This document shows, piece after piece, positions 1-11,934 of a stretch of DNA of 64,000 bases (position 1 is its first letter; the number at the start of each line of letters is the position of its first letter). Both the position numbers and the translations under genes were made by a program. Location: assembly GCF_006345805.1 (NCBI RefSeq), contig NC_043018.1:3658001-3722000 (forward strand). The letters run 5' to 3'. Source of the DNA: Octopus sinensis (lineage: Eukaryota). The notes under the pieces are model-generated. The model worked only from the letters and a program-made list of their open reading frames with translations. It made no database searches and was not told the DNA's origin.

Positions 1-1434
1 GTAAAATGGTGAGGTACTGCTAAGACATCTACAGGGAAAATGGATATAAATTAGAAATAGTAAAAAAACATGTAGTTTCAATGGGGCACCGGGTTTGGCA
101 AGATAGGTGGGTTGGGGGTTCTTCTGGGTCAGAGAATTGATACCATGTGAACTCTGCTAAATGCTCCATAAGGACCAGGTAATTGTGTTAAACCAGTTGG
201 CATATGAAATTTGGTTTGCATATACATTAGTAAGAAGAACAGGAGGAGGAGGAAGAAGGGAGGAGGAGGAGGATGAGAAGGAGGAAGAGGAGATGAAATG
301 TCCAAGAGTTTGGGGCTCAAACCGCTTCAAGTGATCACAGATAAGTGGGATTCAGATAGTAAAATGTTTAGTTTGAACAAACTAAACTATGGTTCATGTG
401 TGTGTATATCTCTGCATGTCAACAGAGTAATGTTTAGAATCAAGAATCCAAAGAACAGAACCTCTATTATGGTCTCTGCATAATCTATGAGTGGATTGCT
501 TGATCTGTTAGAAAAAGCAGCAACCAAATGTCCCTCAAAGCAACGCTTACCATAAATGATAAAGCGGATAACAGAGTCTCACATAAGAGAAATGTGTCTG
601 AAAACAGATGGGCTGGTCATGGCTGGAACATTGTTGTGCATGGGTCTGCTGGATTGAGGGTTGATTTGGTGGCTATGCACCTACAAACTGCTTCATAAAC
701 AAACCATCTTTCTGATTATATCTTCCATACAGACACATTCTTCATTTGAGATGGTGAAAGTTTTGAAAAGCAAATTTGCCTTCTTAAAAAAATGGAAGGG
801 CATATTGAACTGTGATCTTGGGTGCACTATATCTAAGATTATGGTGGGATGGTCACAGCTGGAAAGCCTATGAATCATAGATCTGTTGTTCAAATAGAGC
901 TGATCTGGGCTAAACAACAACAAATACCTCAGCCTGCAAGAAATAACAGCTACATCTCTCTCAAATTGCACCCTACCATCCAATAAAAAAACAAAGGACC
1001 ATGTAATCCGAACTGTACAAAATGACAGGGTGGTCATGACTGGACTACTTTAGTCAGAGATGACCTGGGGTTTAACAACAACAACAACAACAGCAAAGAA
1101 ATTTTATTAAATGCCACAAGTGTGTCGTTTGTGTTTCTCCAGTTCAAGTGAGGAAATACTGTTTTGGGAGCAAGGGGACTTCACCGGCATTTTCTCATTG
1201 TATTAGTAGAAGGGTTAGCAACAACCATACATGACTGCGTTGTCAAGAAGTTCACTTCGCAACCAGAAGGGTCCAGGGTTCAATTCCAGTGCATAGCCTT
1301 TGCCACTCTGGGTTGGTGTCATGAAGTTTGGCCTTGATTTGATCATTGCCTTGTCAGAGGAATTTGAGAGATAGAAACTTGTTTGCAAGCCCAAGACGCA
1401 GGTGTACATGCATGTATGTATATACATATGTATG

Positions 1435-1473
<39 letters not shown>

Positions 1474-2262
1474 GCATGTATCCAGGCAAAATATGTAAAT
1501 ATCAATTACAAAAATAGCAAATTGGTGCAGCTTCAAATAAAGTCTTATGCCTTGTAATATTTGTTCTGCATCAAGTTACAGACACTCCCTTGTGTCTTTC
1601 TGTCTGTCTCTCTCCCTCTCTAGCTCTGTCTGTGTTTCTCAATGTCAGAAATTCAATGAACCAATCAGTTATTGATTCCTGTGTTCAACCAATCGTAGTT
1701 TAAAATGAAATTAAAAAAAAAAAAATAAATAGATGAGTGTCAGTAGCAGAAATAGGATGAGAAGGAGGAGGAGGAGTGATAGTTAGTATTGATGTGCTAC
1801 TGAAAACTGTTCCTTTGGATGAAACTTTCAAACCGATTCTTAGACAATAATGTTTGCTAAATCCTCATCTTTGCATTCGGGTAAATAGTTCCTCAAAAAG
1901 CACAAAACAGCTTTTGCTTGTTTTTTAATTTTTTTTTTCCTTTTTTTTTTTCATATTTTATTTTTATTTTTTTCATTTCCTCTTTTCTTCTCTTGGTCAG
2001 AATATACAAAGGAGAAGACAACGGAAGTAAGAAGAGGCATTGACTGATTATTCAAGTAAACGGTCGTAATATAATTAGCGGTAATGATGATGATGACGGT
2101 GGTGGTGGTGGTGGTGGTGGTGGAGAAGATGATGATGAAGATGGTTGTGGTTGTGGTGGTGGTGGTCGTCGTCATCGACGTTGTAGTGGTATATATAATA
2201 AAGTAAAAGAGGTCAATGAAAGCTGGATAAAGAGGTGGTGGTGGTGGTGGTGGTGGTGGTAT

Positions 2263-2371
2263 CTAATGAGCCAAGACTTGCCTATTGTTGGTTAGAATTC
2301 TCTTAATTTGTTCATAACAGATGAACATAACAATATTCCATGAACCAAGTCGCAGGAAAGAAGGGAAAAAT
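2263..2371 (-). CDS. UCP2-like: Uncoupling protein, last coding exon
   Basis: Acceptor tcatttcag|A; [36 protein letters not shown] then TAG (2265-2263); the five exons total 963 nt = 320 aa + stop. Confidence 0.95.
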
Positions 2372-2434
2372 CTGAAATGAGAACAAAGACAATTATATAT
2401 ATATTGATATACATACATGCATATGTGTGTGCGT

Positions 2435-2485
<51 letters not shown>

Positions 2486-2514
2486 TAAATATATATATAT
2501 ACATACATTTATAC

Positions 2515-2556
<42 letters not shown>

Positions 2557-2611
2557 TATTATATATATATACATATATAATATATATATATACATACATT
2601 TATACATATAA

Positions 2612-2642
<31 letters not shown>

Positions 2643-3057
2643 ATATATATACACATACATATATACATACATATATATATATATATATATAATATATATG
2701 ATACATATATGTGTATGTATATATATATATATATATAATATATATGATACATATATATATGTATGTGTGTAAATATACATATATATATATGTATATATAT
2801 GTGTGTGTAATATATATTTGTATGTGTATATATATGTAATATATATATATATATATATGTAATACTTGTGCATTAAGTAGCATCTCTTTAGTCATCCTAA
2901 GATGATTTAGTTATTTAATAAACAGAAGTCAATAAAAAGTGCAGAAAGTAAGTATTGCAGTTGGTATGACTCTGAACTTTTGGATGCACTGCCCCAGTAT
3001 GGCCACAGGCTAGTGATTGAAACCATTTGAAGAACAGAAAGAATTAAAGTCACTCAC

Positions 3058-3340
3058 CCTTTGTAGAATGCAATAAAACCACCTTCTTTAAACATTTGTG
3101 AAGAACAGTTTAAGACTCCGGTATATTGGCCAGCACTGGAATTCATGTAACGAGTTTTCACTACATCTACAGGAGATGCCACAACAGTGGCACAGAAACC
3201 CGCTCCTATTGCTGACACAAAATGACAGGGTAAATTGTCTGAGAGGAAATTTCTGGAGATAATGAAGTTTTTGACAATATCATAGGTGACCAACTCTGAG
3301 CAGTTGATGACAACATTTCTGGCAATGTTAGGAACCATTC
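3058..3340 (-). CDS. UCP2-like: Uncoupling protein, coding exon 4
   Basis: Acceptor tttctttcag|GA; [21 protein letters not shown]...[31 protein letters not shown]...[10 protein letters not shown]; donor GG|gtgagt; 283 nt, phase 2. Confidence 0.96.
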
Positions 3341-3527
3341 CTGAAAGAAAGCAAAAGAAAGAAAATCCATGGAGCAAGGACAAATAAGATATTAGACATT
3401 AGATGGACCACCAAGTTAAGAAAGAAAAGAGTAGCTGAATAAAATTGAATTCCTTTAAAATTTAATTAATTTGAAATTAATTTTACTATACTCTACATTC
3501 CCAATTTCAATTCTTCTCCATATTCTT

Positions 3528-3731
3528 TCTTTTACTTGTTTCAGTCATTTGACTGCGGCCATGCTGGAGCACCGCCTTTTAGTCAAGCAACTCGACACCG
3601 GGACTCATTCTTTTTGTAAGCCCAGTACTTATTCTATCGGTCTCTTTTTGCCGAACTGCTAAGTGACGGGGACGTAAACACACCAGCATCGGTTGTCAAG
3701 CAATGCTAGGGGAACAAACACAGACACACAA

Positions 3732-3764
<33 letters not shown>

Positions 3765-3933
3765 CATATATACGACAGGCTTCTTCAGTTTCCATCTACC
3801 AAATCCACTCACAAGGCATTGGTCGGCCCGGGGCTATAGCAGAAGACACTTGCCCAAGATGCCACGCAGTGGGACTGAACCCGGAACCATGTGGCTGGTG
3901 AGCAAGCTACTTACCACACAGCCACTCCTGCGC
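3528..3933 (-). mobile_element. tRNA-derived SINE, family A (GCAGGAGTGGCTGTGTGG head, internal TA/TG microsatellite, GTAAAAGA tail), in UCP intron 3
   Basis: Near-identical to many other copies in the window; B-box-like GGTTCCGGGTTCAGTCCC. Confidence 0.85.
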
Positions 3934-4354
3934 CTTGTTTAGATTTAAAACAATTTTTCTTTAGATACCTATATATATATCATCATCATCATCATAATCA
4001 TCATCATTGTTTAATGTCTGTCTTCCATGATGGCATGGGTGGAACATGTATGTGTGTATCTGTGTGTATACAAGAGTTAAGGAATGGAGTAGATAAGATC
4101 TGGGTTATATGTGTTTCATAGCGAGCGGAACTTTGAAAGTGGTATATATATCCAAGCGAGGTGTATACCACAGGCTGATCTTCAGGTCAAAGATGTCTTG
4201 ATTAAATGAAAGTTTACGTTGTTACAACGGGGTACATGTTGACGCAAGGAAGATTCGATCAGAATGTGTGGAGAGCAGAGCACGGGGTGGGGGGGAGAAT
4301 GTAAATGTAGAGAGAGAGATAAAGATAAAAGAAGGAAAAAAGAAAAAAATATAA

Positions 4355-4724
4355 GGGAGTGGCTGTGTGGTAAGTAGCTTGCTAACCAACCACATGGTTC
4401 CGGGTTCAGTCCCACTGCATGGCATCTTGGGCAAGTGTCTTCTGCTATAGCCCCGGGCTGACCAATGCTTTGTGAGTGGATTTGGTAGACGGAAACTGAA
4501 AGAAGCCTGTCGTATATATGTATATATATATATATATGTGTGTGTGTGTATATATGTTTGTGTACGTCCCCGTCACTTAGCGGTTCGGCAAAAGAGACCG
4601 ATAGAATAAGTACTGGGCTTACAAAGAATAAGTCCTGGGGTCGATTTGCTCGACTAAAGGCAGTGCTCCAGCATGGCCGCAGTCAAATGACTGAAACAAG
4701 TAAAAGAGTAAAAGAGTAAAGAGA
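4355..4724 (+). mobile_element. SINE family A, internally deleted copy
   Basis: Head and tail match the other family A copies. Confidence 0.85.
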
Positions 4725-5523
4725 GTGTATATATTTCTGATGAGCTCTCGTGTTCCTTTATGTGATGAAAATTCTTGTCTCTGTGTAGTTTATGAGTTCA
4801 ATTATTTGAAGAAGAACAATTTTAAGGATAACAACAAAAGAAACAAAAACAAGACGACACAACAACAAAGAATTTTCCAGTTAAAATTGTAGGGTTAAAT
4901 TTATGAATGAATCCATAGAATTATCCGTCTCCTCTCTCTCTCTTTGATTGTCCCTCTCATAAAGGGAGAAAACATTTAATTTATTTCCCTTGGTCATTGT
5001 ATCCTAGCTAAAGTATGGACAAGTTATATTACAAATGTAATTAATTGATAGTTAAACAATATCATTGTTATTGATAACATATATTAATTACAAATATGCA
5101 AATGACATATTTGCTTTAATAAATATTTTTATTTTGAAAATTGATACTCATTCTATTATTATTCATCCATCCATTTATCTTCTTTGTCCATTCTACCTGG
5201 GAGGTCATGAGGAGAGAGTCCTCACTCACCTCCATCACAGGTTCCTATCAGAAGCAACTTTCATTAGACTTTCCAGCTGGATTCCCCAGGGCAACCAACT
5301 GAGACCATAGATATTAGCCAAGCATCTCATTCTTGTTGGCTTAGCTTCAAGAACCTGTTTTGTGATTCTTTCCTGAGACATTCTAGTTAATACCAGAGCT
5401 GTGATCTCTTAATGCGACAAAGCAGTGGTTTGACTGGAGGAACTCCAAGTTATGCATCCTATTGTTATTCACTCACCATGAAATTTAAATAAAAGTAAAA
5501 GTATTATAAGCATACTCAGGCTA

Positions 5524-5645
5524 GTCCAACCCAGTCAAAGTGTTAAACCCTGCCAAATTGTCCAACCCAGTCAAACTGTCCAACCCACTCCAACTGTCCA
5601 ACACGGTCAAAGTGTCCAACCGAGTCAAACTGTCCAATCCATGCC
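5524..5645. repeat. 18-bp minisatellite (GTCCAACCCAGTCAAACT) x about 6.7
   Basis: Units start at 5524, 5542, 5560, 5578, 5596, 5614, 5632. Confidence 0.85.
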
Positions 5646-5726
5646 CATTTTGAACATGGAAGTTAAATGATGATGACGATGATGATGATTTAAGGTTGAA
5701 TATTTTTTCTTTAATTTTATTGGAAA

Positions 5727-6110
5727 CTAGCAGTATCGCCCGGCGTTGCTCAGGTTTGTAAGGGAAATAACTATAAAGCATTTTTAGAGAGTTATAGCCA
5801 AAAAAATAGCAAAAAGATGGAAAAAAATGATGGTAAATTTTTTTTTTAGTTAAAAAAGGTGGAGTTGCGTCCCCTAGACAGTTTGCGGTTTGTGTTTCTG
5901 ATTCTCGACCCCATGTCGAATTTATCGATTTTTTTCAGAACTGGGGGAACTTTTCAAAATTTTCGCTGCGTTAGTTTTGAATTATGACATTGGGCTATGT
6001 GTGTGTCAAGTTTCATCAGAATTGGTTGAAAGCCATGGTCAGGGTGAGGGTACAAGCAAACAGACACACAGAAACACGCACAGACAAACTGCCGTTTATA
6101 TAGAGAGAGA
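5727..6110 (-). mobile_element. Non-autonomous Helitron in UCP intron 3
   Basis: On the minus strand: 5' TC, GC-rich subterminal hairpin, 3' CTAG, inserted between A and T; 3' part shared with 9001-9277 and 61586-61983. Confidence 0.7.
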
Positions 6111-6160
6111 TTTCTAGAATTTAGAGAAGACCGATTAAAAATACTTTTTTTTTTTGTTAC

Positions 6161-6364
6161 CTTTCCATAAACCTCGGACACCTTCCGTGGTGGCAATGGT
6201 TTTATAGGCATTCAATGTACCAGAGTAACGAGCTGGTACACCAGCTTTTTGAGCTTGCATACGAACTTTGACAACATCAGTGGGCTGGGCAATCATGATA
6301 GCGATCGCACCAGAGGTCACTCCAGCTGACATTTTGGCAACAAAGGATGGTTGCTTTTGGGGAT
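6161..6364 (-). CDS. UCP2-like: Uncoupling protein, coding exon 3
   Basis: Acceptor ttcttctag|AT; [69 protein letters not shown]; donor G|gtaac; 204 nt, phase 1. Confidence 0.95.
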
Positions 6365-6473
6365 CTAGAAGAAGAAAGAAAATATGGGTTAGCATTTGGG
6401 AAACAACAACAACAAAAACTAGACATAAGGCCAGAAATTACTGAAACAAGTAAAAGATAAATATAAGACTTAC

Positions 6474-6711
6474 TGTTTCCATAAAGACGACCATAAAATT
6501 CTTTAAAACTGTCATAGGAACCAATTCTAATAGATGCAAAACTCATTTGTCGTTGTAAACCTGGAATGATGCCATTATAAAGAGCACGTGCACCTTCTTC
6601 TTGAATAATCACTCTGATTGTGCCAATTGGTCCTTTATATTTGAATGCCTGTTTCTCTGTTATTGGCGATACTCCGAGTTTACTGGTTTTGTTTCCAGTT
6701 TCTCCTTGAAT
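6474..6711 (-). CDS. UCP2-like: Uncoupling protein, coding exon 2
   Basis: Acceptor ttttcaaag|ATT; IQGETGNK...YKGPIGTIRVIIQEEGARALYNGIIPGLQRQMSFASIRIGSYDSFKEFYGRLYGN; donor A|gtaagt; 238 nt, phase 1. Confidence 0.95.
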
Positions 6712-7063
6712 CTTTGAAAATAAATATGAAGAATTTTGTGTTAAATTTTTCTGTTCTGGTAAATCTGGAATTTGATGCAGTTTTCAGTGTTACCACTGAT
6801 GATGATGATGATGATGCTAATAGTGGTGGTGATGGTGGTGGTGGTGGTGGTGGCAGTAATGGAAATAGTGGTGATGACAGTGATGAGGGGGAAGAGATTG
6901 GTGATGAGAATGATGACATTGATGGTAGTGTATAATGATGGTAGTGGTGGTGGTGGTGGTGATGGTAATGTTAGTAGCAATTATGGTGATTACATTTAAT
7001 TAACAAAGATAACTCAATCGAGGTTATAAAGCCCATCAGTATATTGGGAAAACAGACACTCAC

Positions 7064-7192
7064 TTGTAGCCGGACCTTGGCTGTGTCCAGTGGAAATGTC
7101 ACACAATCAGCAATACAGGCAGCTGTACCAGCTCCTAAGAATTTCACCGTTACAGACGGTTCTAAGACATTTGGCGATGTTCTTGAAACCAT
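7064..7192 (-). CDS. UCP2-like: Mitochondrial uncoupling protein (SLC25, UCP1/2/3-type), coding exon 1 of 5
   Basis: ATG at 7192; [43 protein letters not shown] (43 aa, first carrier motif PLDTAKVR); donor CAA|gtgagt; 129 nt, phase 0. Confidence 0.96.
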
Positions 7193-7427
7193 TTTGACTT
7201 CGTGAAATGCAGCAAGTATATATAAAAATTGGAATCACAGTTGTCTTGTATTTGATAATTAATTAATTAAATTTAGATTCTTGGTACTGGAATGGAAAGA
7301 TATGTATGTAGCGAATCTGAAAAGCAAAAATATTATATCATTATATATTTAATCAGGTTAGTTAATTTGTAAGTAATTAAATTATAAAATTTAAGTGTAA
7401 ATGATAGCATGCATTGTAAAATAGGAG

Positions 7428-7732
7428 CATGCACTCTGTTGAGGTTTGAACCTAGTAACAGTCTGTTTGGTCAAAGCTGACCAGGAGATAAACAACAGCC
7501 AGTGCTGAAGCAGAAGGACTTTTCAGCTGACAACAGCAAGCTGGTCACTGGTGGACTGTTATACAAGAGGAAGGTAAGCAGGCAGGATGGAGAGATAGAA
7601 GGCATGGGTTGTAACCAGTGGTGGACTGGCCAGGTTGCCAGTTTGCCTGATGGCAAGTGGGCTCCTACACCATTAGAATCCAGCTTTGACCAAACAGACT
7701 GTTACTAGGTTCAAATCTCGTCAGTGTGCATG
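7428..7732. repeat. Inverted repeat, 52-bp arms (7428-7479 and 7681-7732), 201-bp spacer
   Basis: Inner 35 bp perfect, 4 mismatches in the outer part. Confidence 0.9.
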
Positions 7733-7751
7733 TTGTTATTTTACAATATAT

Positions 7752-7898
7752 AAAAATACCAGTAATTATAAAATTTTTAACGTAGAACATAGAAAGTAGA
7801 ATAATTTCTCACAAAACTATTTCTACTTTCTAGTTTCTTAAGAAACTATTCTACTTTCTTTGTTCTACGTTAAAAATTTTATAATTACTGGTATTTTT
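7752..7898. repeat. AT-rich fold-back palindrome, 58-bp arms, 31-nt loop
   Basis: 7752-7809 is the reverse complement of 7841-7898 with 2 mismatches. Confidence 0.9.
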
Positions 7899-8260
7899 GT
7901 ATGTGTAAAGCATAATATGTTAAACATGTATGTATATTGTTATAATTGTTTTTTTTTTTCAAGTAAATAAATAGATATAATATAATGTCTAAAGATTGAT
8001 CCCCTCTTGATCCCCTCTTGATCCACCTCTTGATCCACCTCTTGATCCCCTCCATTTTCTTATTGCCATATAAATTAAGGGTAAAACAACTTTCTACCCT
8101 CACCCATTTATTACATTCAGTAGTGTAATTGCCATGCAATAGAAAAACACTTGTGTATTAATAATTGGGCATTCTACCAGCAGTATATTGGATCGATATT
8201 ATCCCTTAGTTGGTTGGATTCACAACCTCTAACTCTCTTGATTAAGTAATATATATAATA

Positions 8261-9277
8261 TCTCTTATTATAAAAGGCAGATTTTATCTGCCTCCTTGGG
8301 TTTATAGAATCTAACAATATAGGATTTCTTCAATTACCATTTACCAAGCAATTTTAAGAGTACAATGCATCGCGTCATGCAGGTCCAGTTTTTAAAATTT
8401 AAACTCCAATTAAGCAAAATTTACAGAAAACTCACATTCTGGTGTGTGTGTCAAATGCTTTTCTTAGTCTGGTTACACCACACCAAAACGCAAACACACA
8501 CACACAAAGGGAGCGCGAATTGTTTCACTGACGCTATCACCCTTCTCCTCCTTTGTTTTTGCAAGTTGCAGCTATTAAAGTGAAAACAGTGAATCCGACA
8601 AGCGATAAAGAAAACGAATTGGTACCTGAATGGAGTGAATATTTAAAAACTTTCTTTCGGTGAGTTTTCTGAAGAAACTGGACCAGCCACAGACTTTCCC
8701 AGAAGAGTAAAGCCTTAGACTATTTTTCTATTTACTTTTTCGAATGAGCTATTTGAAATCATTACGCTAAACGTAAACAACCGAAAGAAAGGATAGTTAG
8801 TTATTTCCCACAACCTTAATGAAATTAAGGCCTATTTTGCCATAATATTATTATGGGTATCAGAAAGTTACCCGAATAACAAATTCTATCGTAAAATTTT
8901 GTTGTATACCCAATTGAATATTAGCTAATAACCCATTTTCTATAGCGATGTTTGAACAAAATTTTAATAATTTTACAGAAAGTTACCCAGAATAACAAAC
9001 GAGCCCTTCTGGTATTAAGCGCGCGTCTACGATGAGTCTACGATTTAAAAAAAAATTACCATCATATTTTTAATTTTAATGCATTTTTTTCGCTTTTATA
9101 TAAGGGAAGTAACTCTCTAAAAATATCTACGAGTGTGTCAACGATTTAAAGAAAAATTTACCTTAATTTTTTTTCAATTTTTAATGCATTTTTTGCTACT
9201 TTTTGGCTATAACTCTCTAAAAATGCTTATATAGTTTATTTCCCTTACAACCCGAGCAACGCCGGGGCGACTGCTAG
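8261..9277 (+). mobile_element. Helitron-like element; the 3' part (9001-9277) is clear, its linkage to the 5' end at 8261 is uncertain
   Basis: A|TCTCTTATTATAAAAG at 8261; CCCGAGCAACGCCGGGGCGACTG-CTAG|T at 9251-9278. Confidence 0.55.
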
Positions 9278-9309
9278 TATATATATATAGATATATATAT
9301 ATATATACA

Positions 9310-9520
9310 ACCGTGCTGGTGGCACGTAAAAAGCACCCACTACACTCTCGGAGTGGTTGGCATTAGGAAGGGCATCCAGCTGTTAGAAAAACTCTGCCAA
9401 ATCAAGATTGGAGACTGGTGCAACCATCTGGTTCGCCAGCCCTCAGTCAAAATCGTCCAACCCATGCTAGCATGGAAAAACGGACGTTAAACGATGATGC
9501 TGATGATGATGATGATGATA
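9310..9520 (+). mobile_element. Retroposon 3' fragment with (GAT)n tail
   Basis: GGCATTAGGAAGGGCATCCAGC...GTCCAACCCATGCTAGCATGG...GTTAAACGATGATG; same tail as at 5630-5690. Confidence 0.55.
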
Positions 9521-9607
9521 TATATATATGAAATATGAATTAGAAAAATCAAATTTTTCCCTGTAAGTTTGGAGCTATACTCCCTATATATATATATAAT
9601 ATATATA

Positions 9608-9666
<59 letters not shown>

Positions 9667-10170
9667 TCTCATTATATATAATATATATATATATATATAT
9701 ACATACTATCATAAGAGACAAATTTGGAAGAACAAGAACAAAAAAGTGAAAAGAAAAGAAAGGGAAAAAATATGAAAAATTAAAGAAATTTAAGAGTGAA
9801 ATAAATAGACAGAAACATAAAGACTTTGATATAAGTTGTTCTCCTCACCTTCGACTGATATAATTGCAGTACAAGAATATATTAGTGTAGAATATATCAC
9901 AGCAGTTTATAATTGTAACGATATTTGTTGTTACTATTGTTGCAGGTGTTGTTGTTGCTGTTGTTGTAGTTGTTGTTGTTGTGTTGTTGTTGTGATGTTT
10001 GAGAGTCTGAAAAGGTGAAATATGTTGATGTGTATGAATCCAGTGTTGGCAGAGTTCTCATTATGCTTTCAACCCCATCAATAACGTTCATTGTTGTATA
10101 ATTAAGATAACAGCTGTCTGAAATTAGAAAGATATTAAAAAAATGAATAAATAAATAAATTAATAATTAT

Positions 10171-10586
10171 TTTACTCTTTTTACTCTTTTACTTGTTTCA
10201 GTCATTTGACTGTGGCCATGCTGGAGCACCGCCTTTAGTCGAGCAAATCGACCCCGGGACTTATTCTTTTGTAAGCCCAGTACTTATTCTATCGGTCTCT
10301 TTTGCCGAACCGCTAAGTGACGGGGACGTAAACACACCAGCATCGGTTGTCAAGCGATGTTGGTGGGGACAAACACAGACACACAAACATATACACACAC
10401 ACTTATATATACATATACATATATATGACAGGCTTCTTTCAGTTTCCGTCTACCAAATCCACTCACAAGGCATTGGTCGGCCTGGGGCTATAGCAGAAGA
10501 CACTTGCCCAAGATGCCACGCAGTGGGACTGAACCCGGAACCATGTGGTTGGTTAGCAAGCTACTTACCACACAGCCACTCCTGCG
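10171..10586 (-). mobile_element. SINE family A, full length
   Basis: Matches the other family A copies end to end. Confidence 0.88.
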
Positions 10587-10668
10587 CGGTCATAAATATA
10601 AGCAAACATATGTGTGAGTGTGTGTATGTGCATGTGGGTATGTATGTATGTATGAGTGTGCGAAAGAC

Positions 10669-10705
<37 letters not shown>

Positions 10706-11115
10706 AAGAGAGAGACCAAGGTGTCTATGTTCAGAATACTAACCCTTTTATCATCAGAGGAATAACCTTGCATTTGAAATTAAGCAAAATACATTAAATG
10801 AAACTTGATACACAACAATTAGAGTTGAAACCGGATAGGATATATCTATGAGTATCTTTGTTACGTTTTGTATACTGAAATTATGTACAAATATTATTCT
10901 GCCAAGGTCGACTTAGCCTTTCATTCTTTTTGAGCTCAATATAATAAGTATCAGTTGAGCACTGGGGTTAATGTCCTAGGCTAGCCCCTCCCATCAAAAC
11001 TTTCAGGAAATCATGCTCAAATATCAAGTGATGTCATATTTTGAAATTAGATAAAAACTTTCAGAAAATTGTTTGTTTCTGTTTATTCTTGTTAAATGGT
11101 ATTATTTGTGATGAA

Positions 11116-11350
11116 GGCGGCGAGCTGGCAGACACGTTAGCACGGCGGGCGAAATGCTTAGCTGTATTTCGTCTGCCGTTAAGTTCTTGGTTCAAATTCC
11201 ACCAAGGTCGACTTTGCCTTTCATCCTTTCGGGGTCGATAAATTAAGTACCAGTTATGTACTGGGGGTCGATGTAATCGACTTAATCCGTTTGTCTGTCC
11301 TTGTTTGTCCCCTCTGTGTTTAGCCCCTTGTGGGTAGTAAAGAAATAGGT
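11116..11350 (+). mobile_element. tRNA-derived SINE, family B (GGCGGCGAGCTGGCAG head; central GGTCGACTTTGCCTTTCATCCTTTCGGGGTCGATAAA, resembling the MetaSINE central domain)
   Basis: Repeated at 11935-12207, 31735-32117 and 57000-58740; superfamily assignment is from memory. Confidence 0.8.
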
Positions 11351-11934
11351 ATTATTTGTGAGGACTTTGAATTTGTAAAAAAAAACGATTTTAGAAGTAC
11401 TAGGGTCAATCTGTTTGACAGAACTTTTCAAGATGAAGCCCCATGACCACCACCCAATAACTCAGACAAGTAACAGAGAAAAAATAAAGATATATTCCAT
11501 AGGAACTATTATCAGTTAAAATGTAGCCTATATTTAATAAGAACTGTAATTAGTTAAAATGCAGCCTATAATCCATAGGAACTATTATCAGTTAAAATGT
11601 AGCCTATATTTAATAGGGACCATAGTCTATATTTCACACCTGGTCCTATTTACAAGTTTTGCACGTGACTGGACATGATGATGGAACACTGCTGCACATG
11701 TCTTGTAATTAACAGAACATTTGTCAAGTCTGTCATCAACGTACCTTGACACAGCAAATTGCAAATTGACAGAACCACTAACCAGACCAATATTTGGTCT
11801 ACTACTCCTTTACATTTAACCAGCTACAATAACAACAACAACAATGATGGTGATGACATTGGGGCACATGACTTGCTAAAAACAGTGGCCCAACCTTCCT
11901 CAAATTCCACTTGACAGACATTTAAAAAAAATTT

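Noticed and set aside
4738-4790. CTGATGA followed by GAAA
   Set aside because: No stem II, stem III or stem I pairing could be built.
5521-5781. LRR-looking ORF (LDSLTGLD repeats)
   Set aside because: Translation of the 18-bp minisatellite within UCP intron 3.
7702-7732. Minus-strand CTGACGA in the inverted-repeat arm
   Set aside because: No GAAA box; better explained as the reverse complement of a tRNA B-box-like segment.
8626-8720. Possible non-coding first exon of UCP (minus-strand donor CAG|gtacc at 8626/8625)
   Set aside because: Weak donor, no transcript evidence, and it may lie inside a Helitron.
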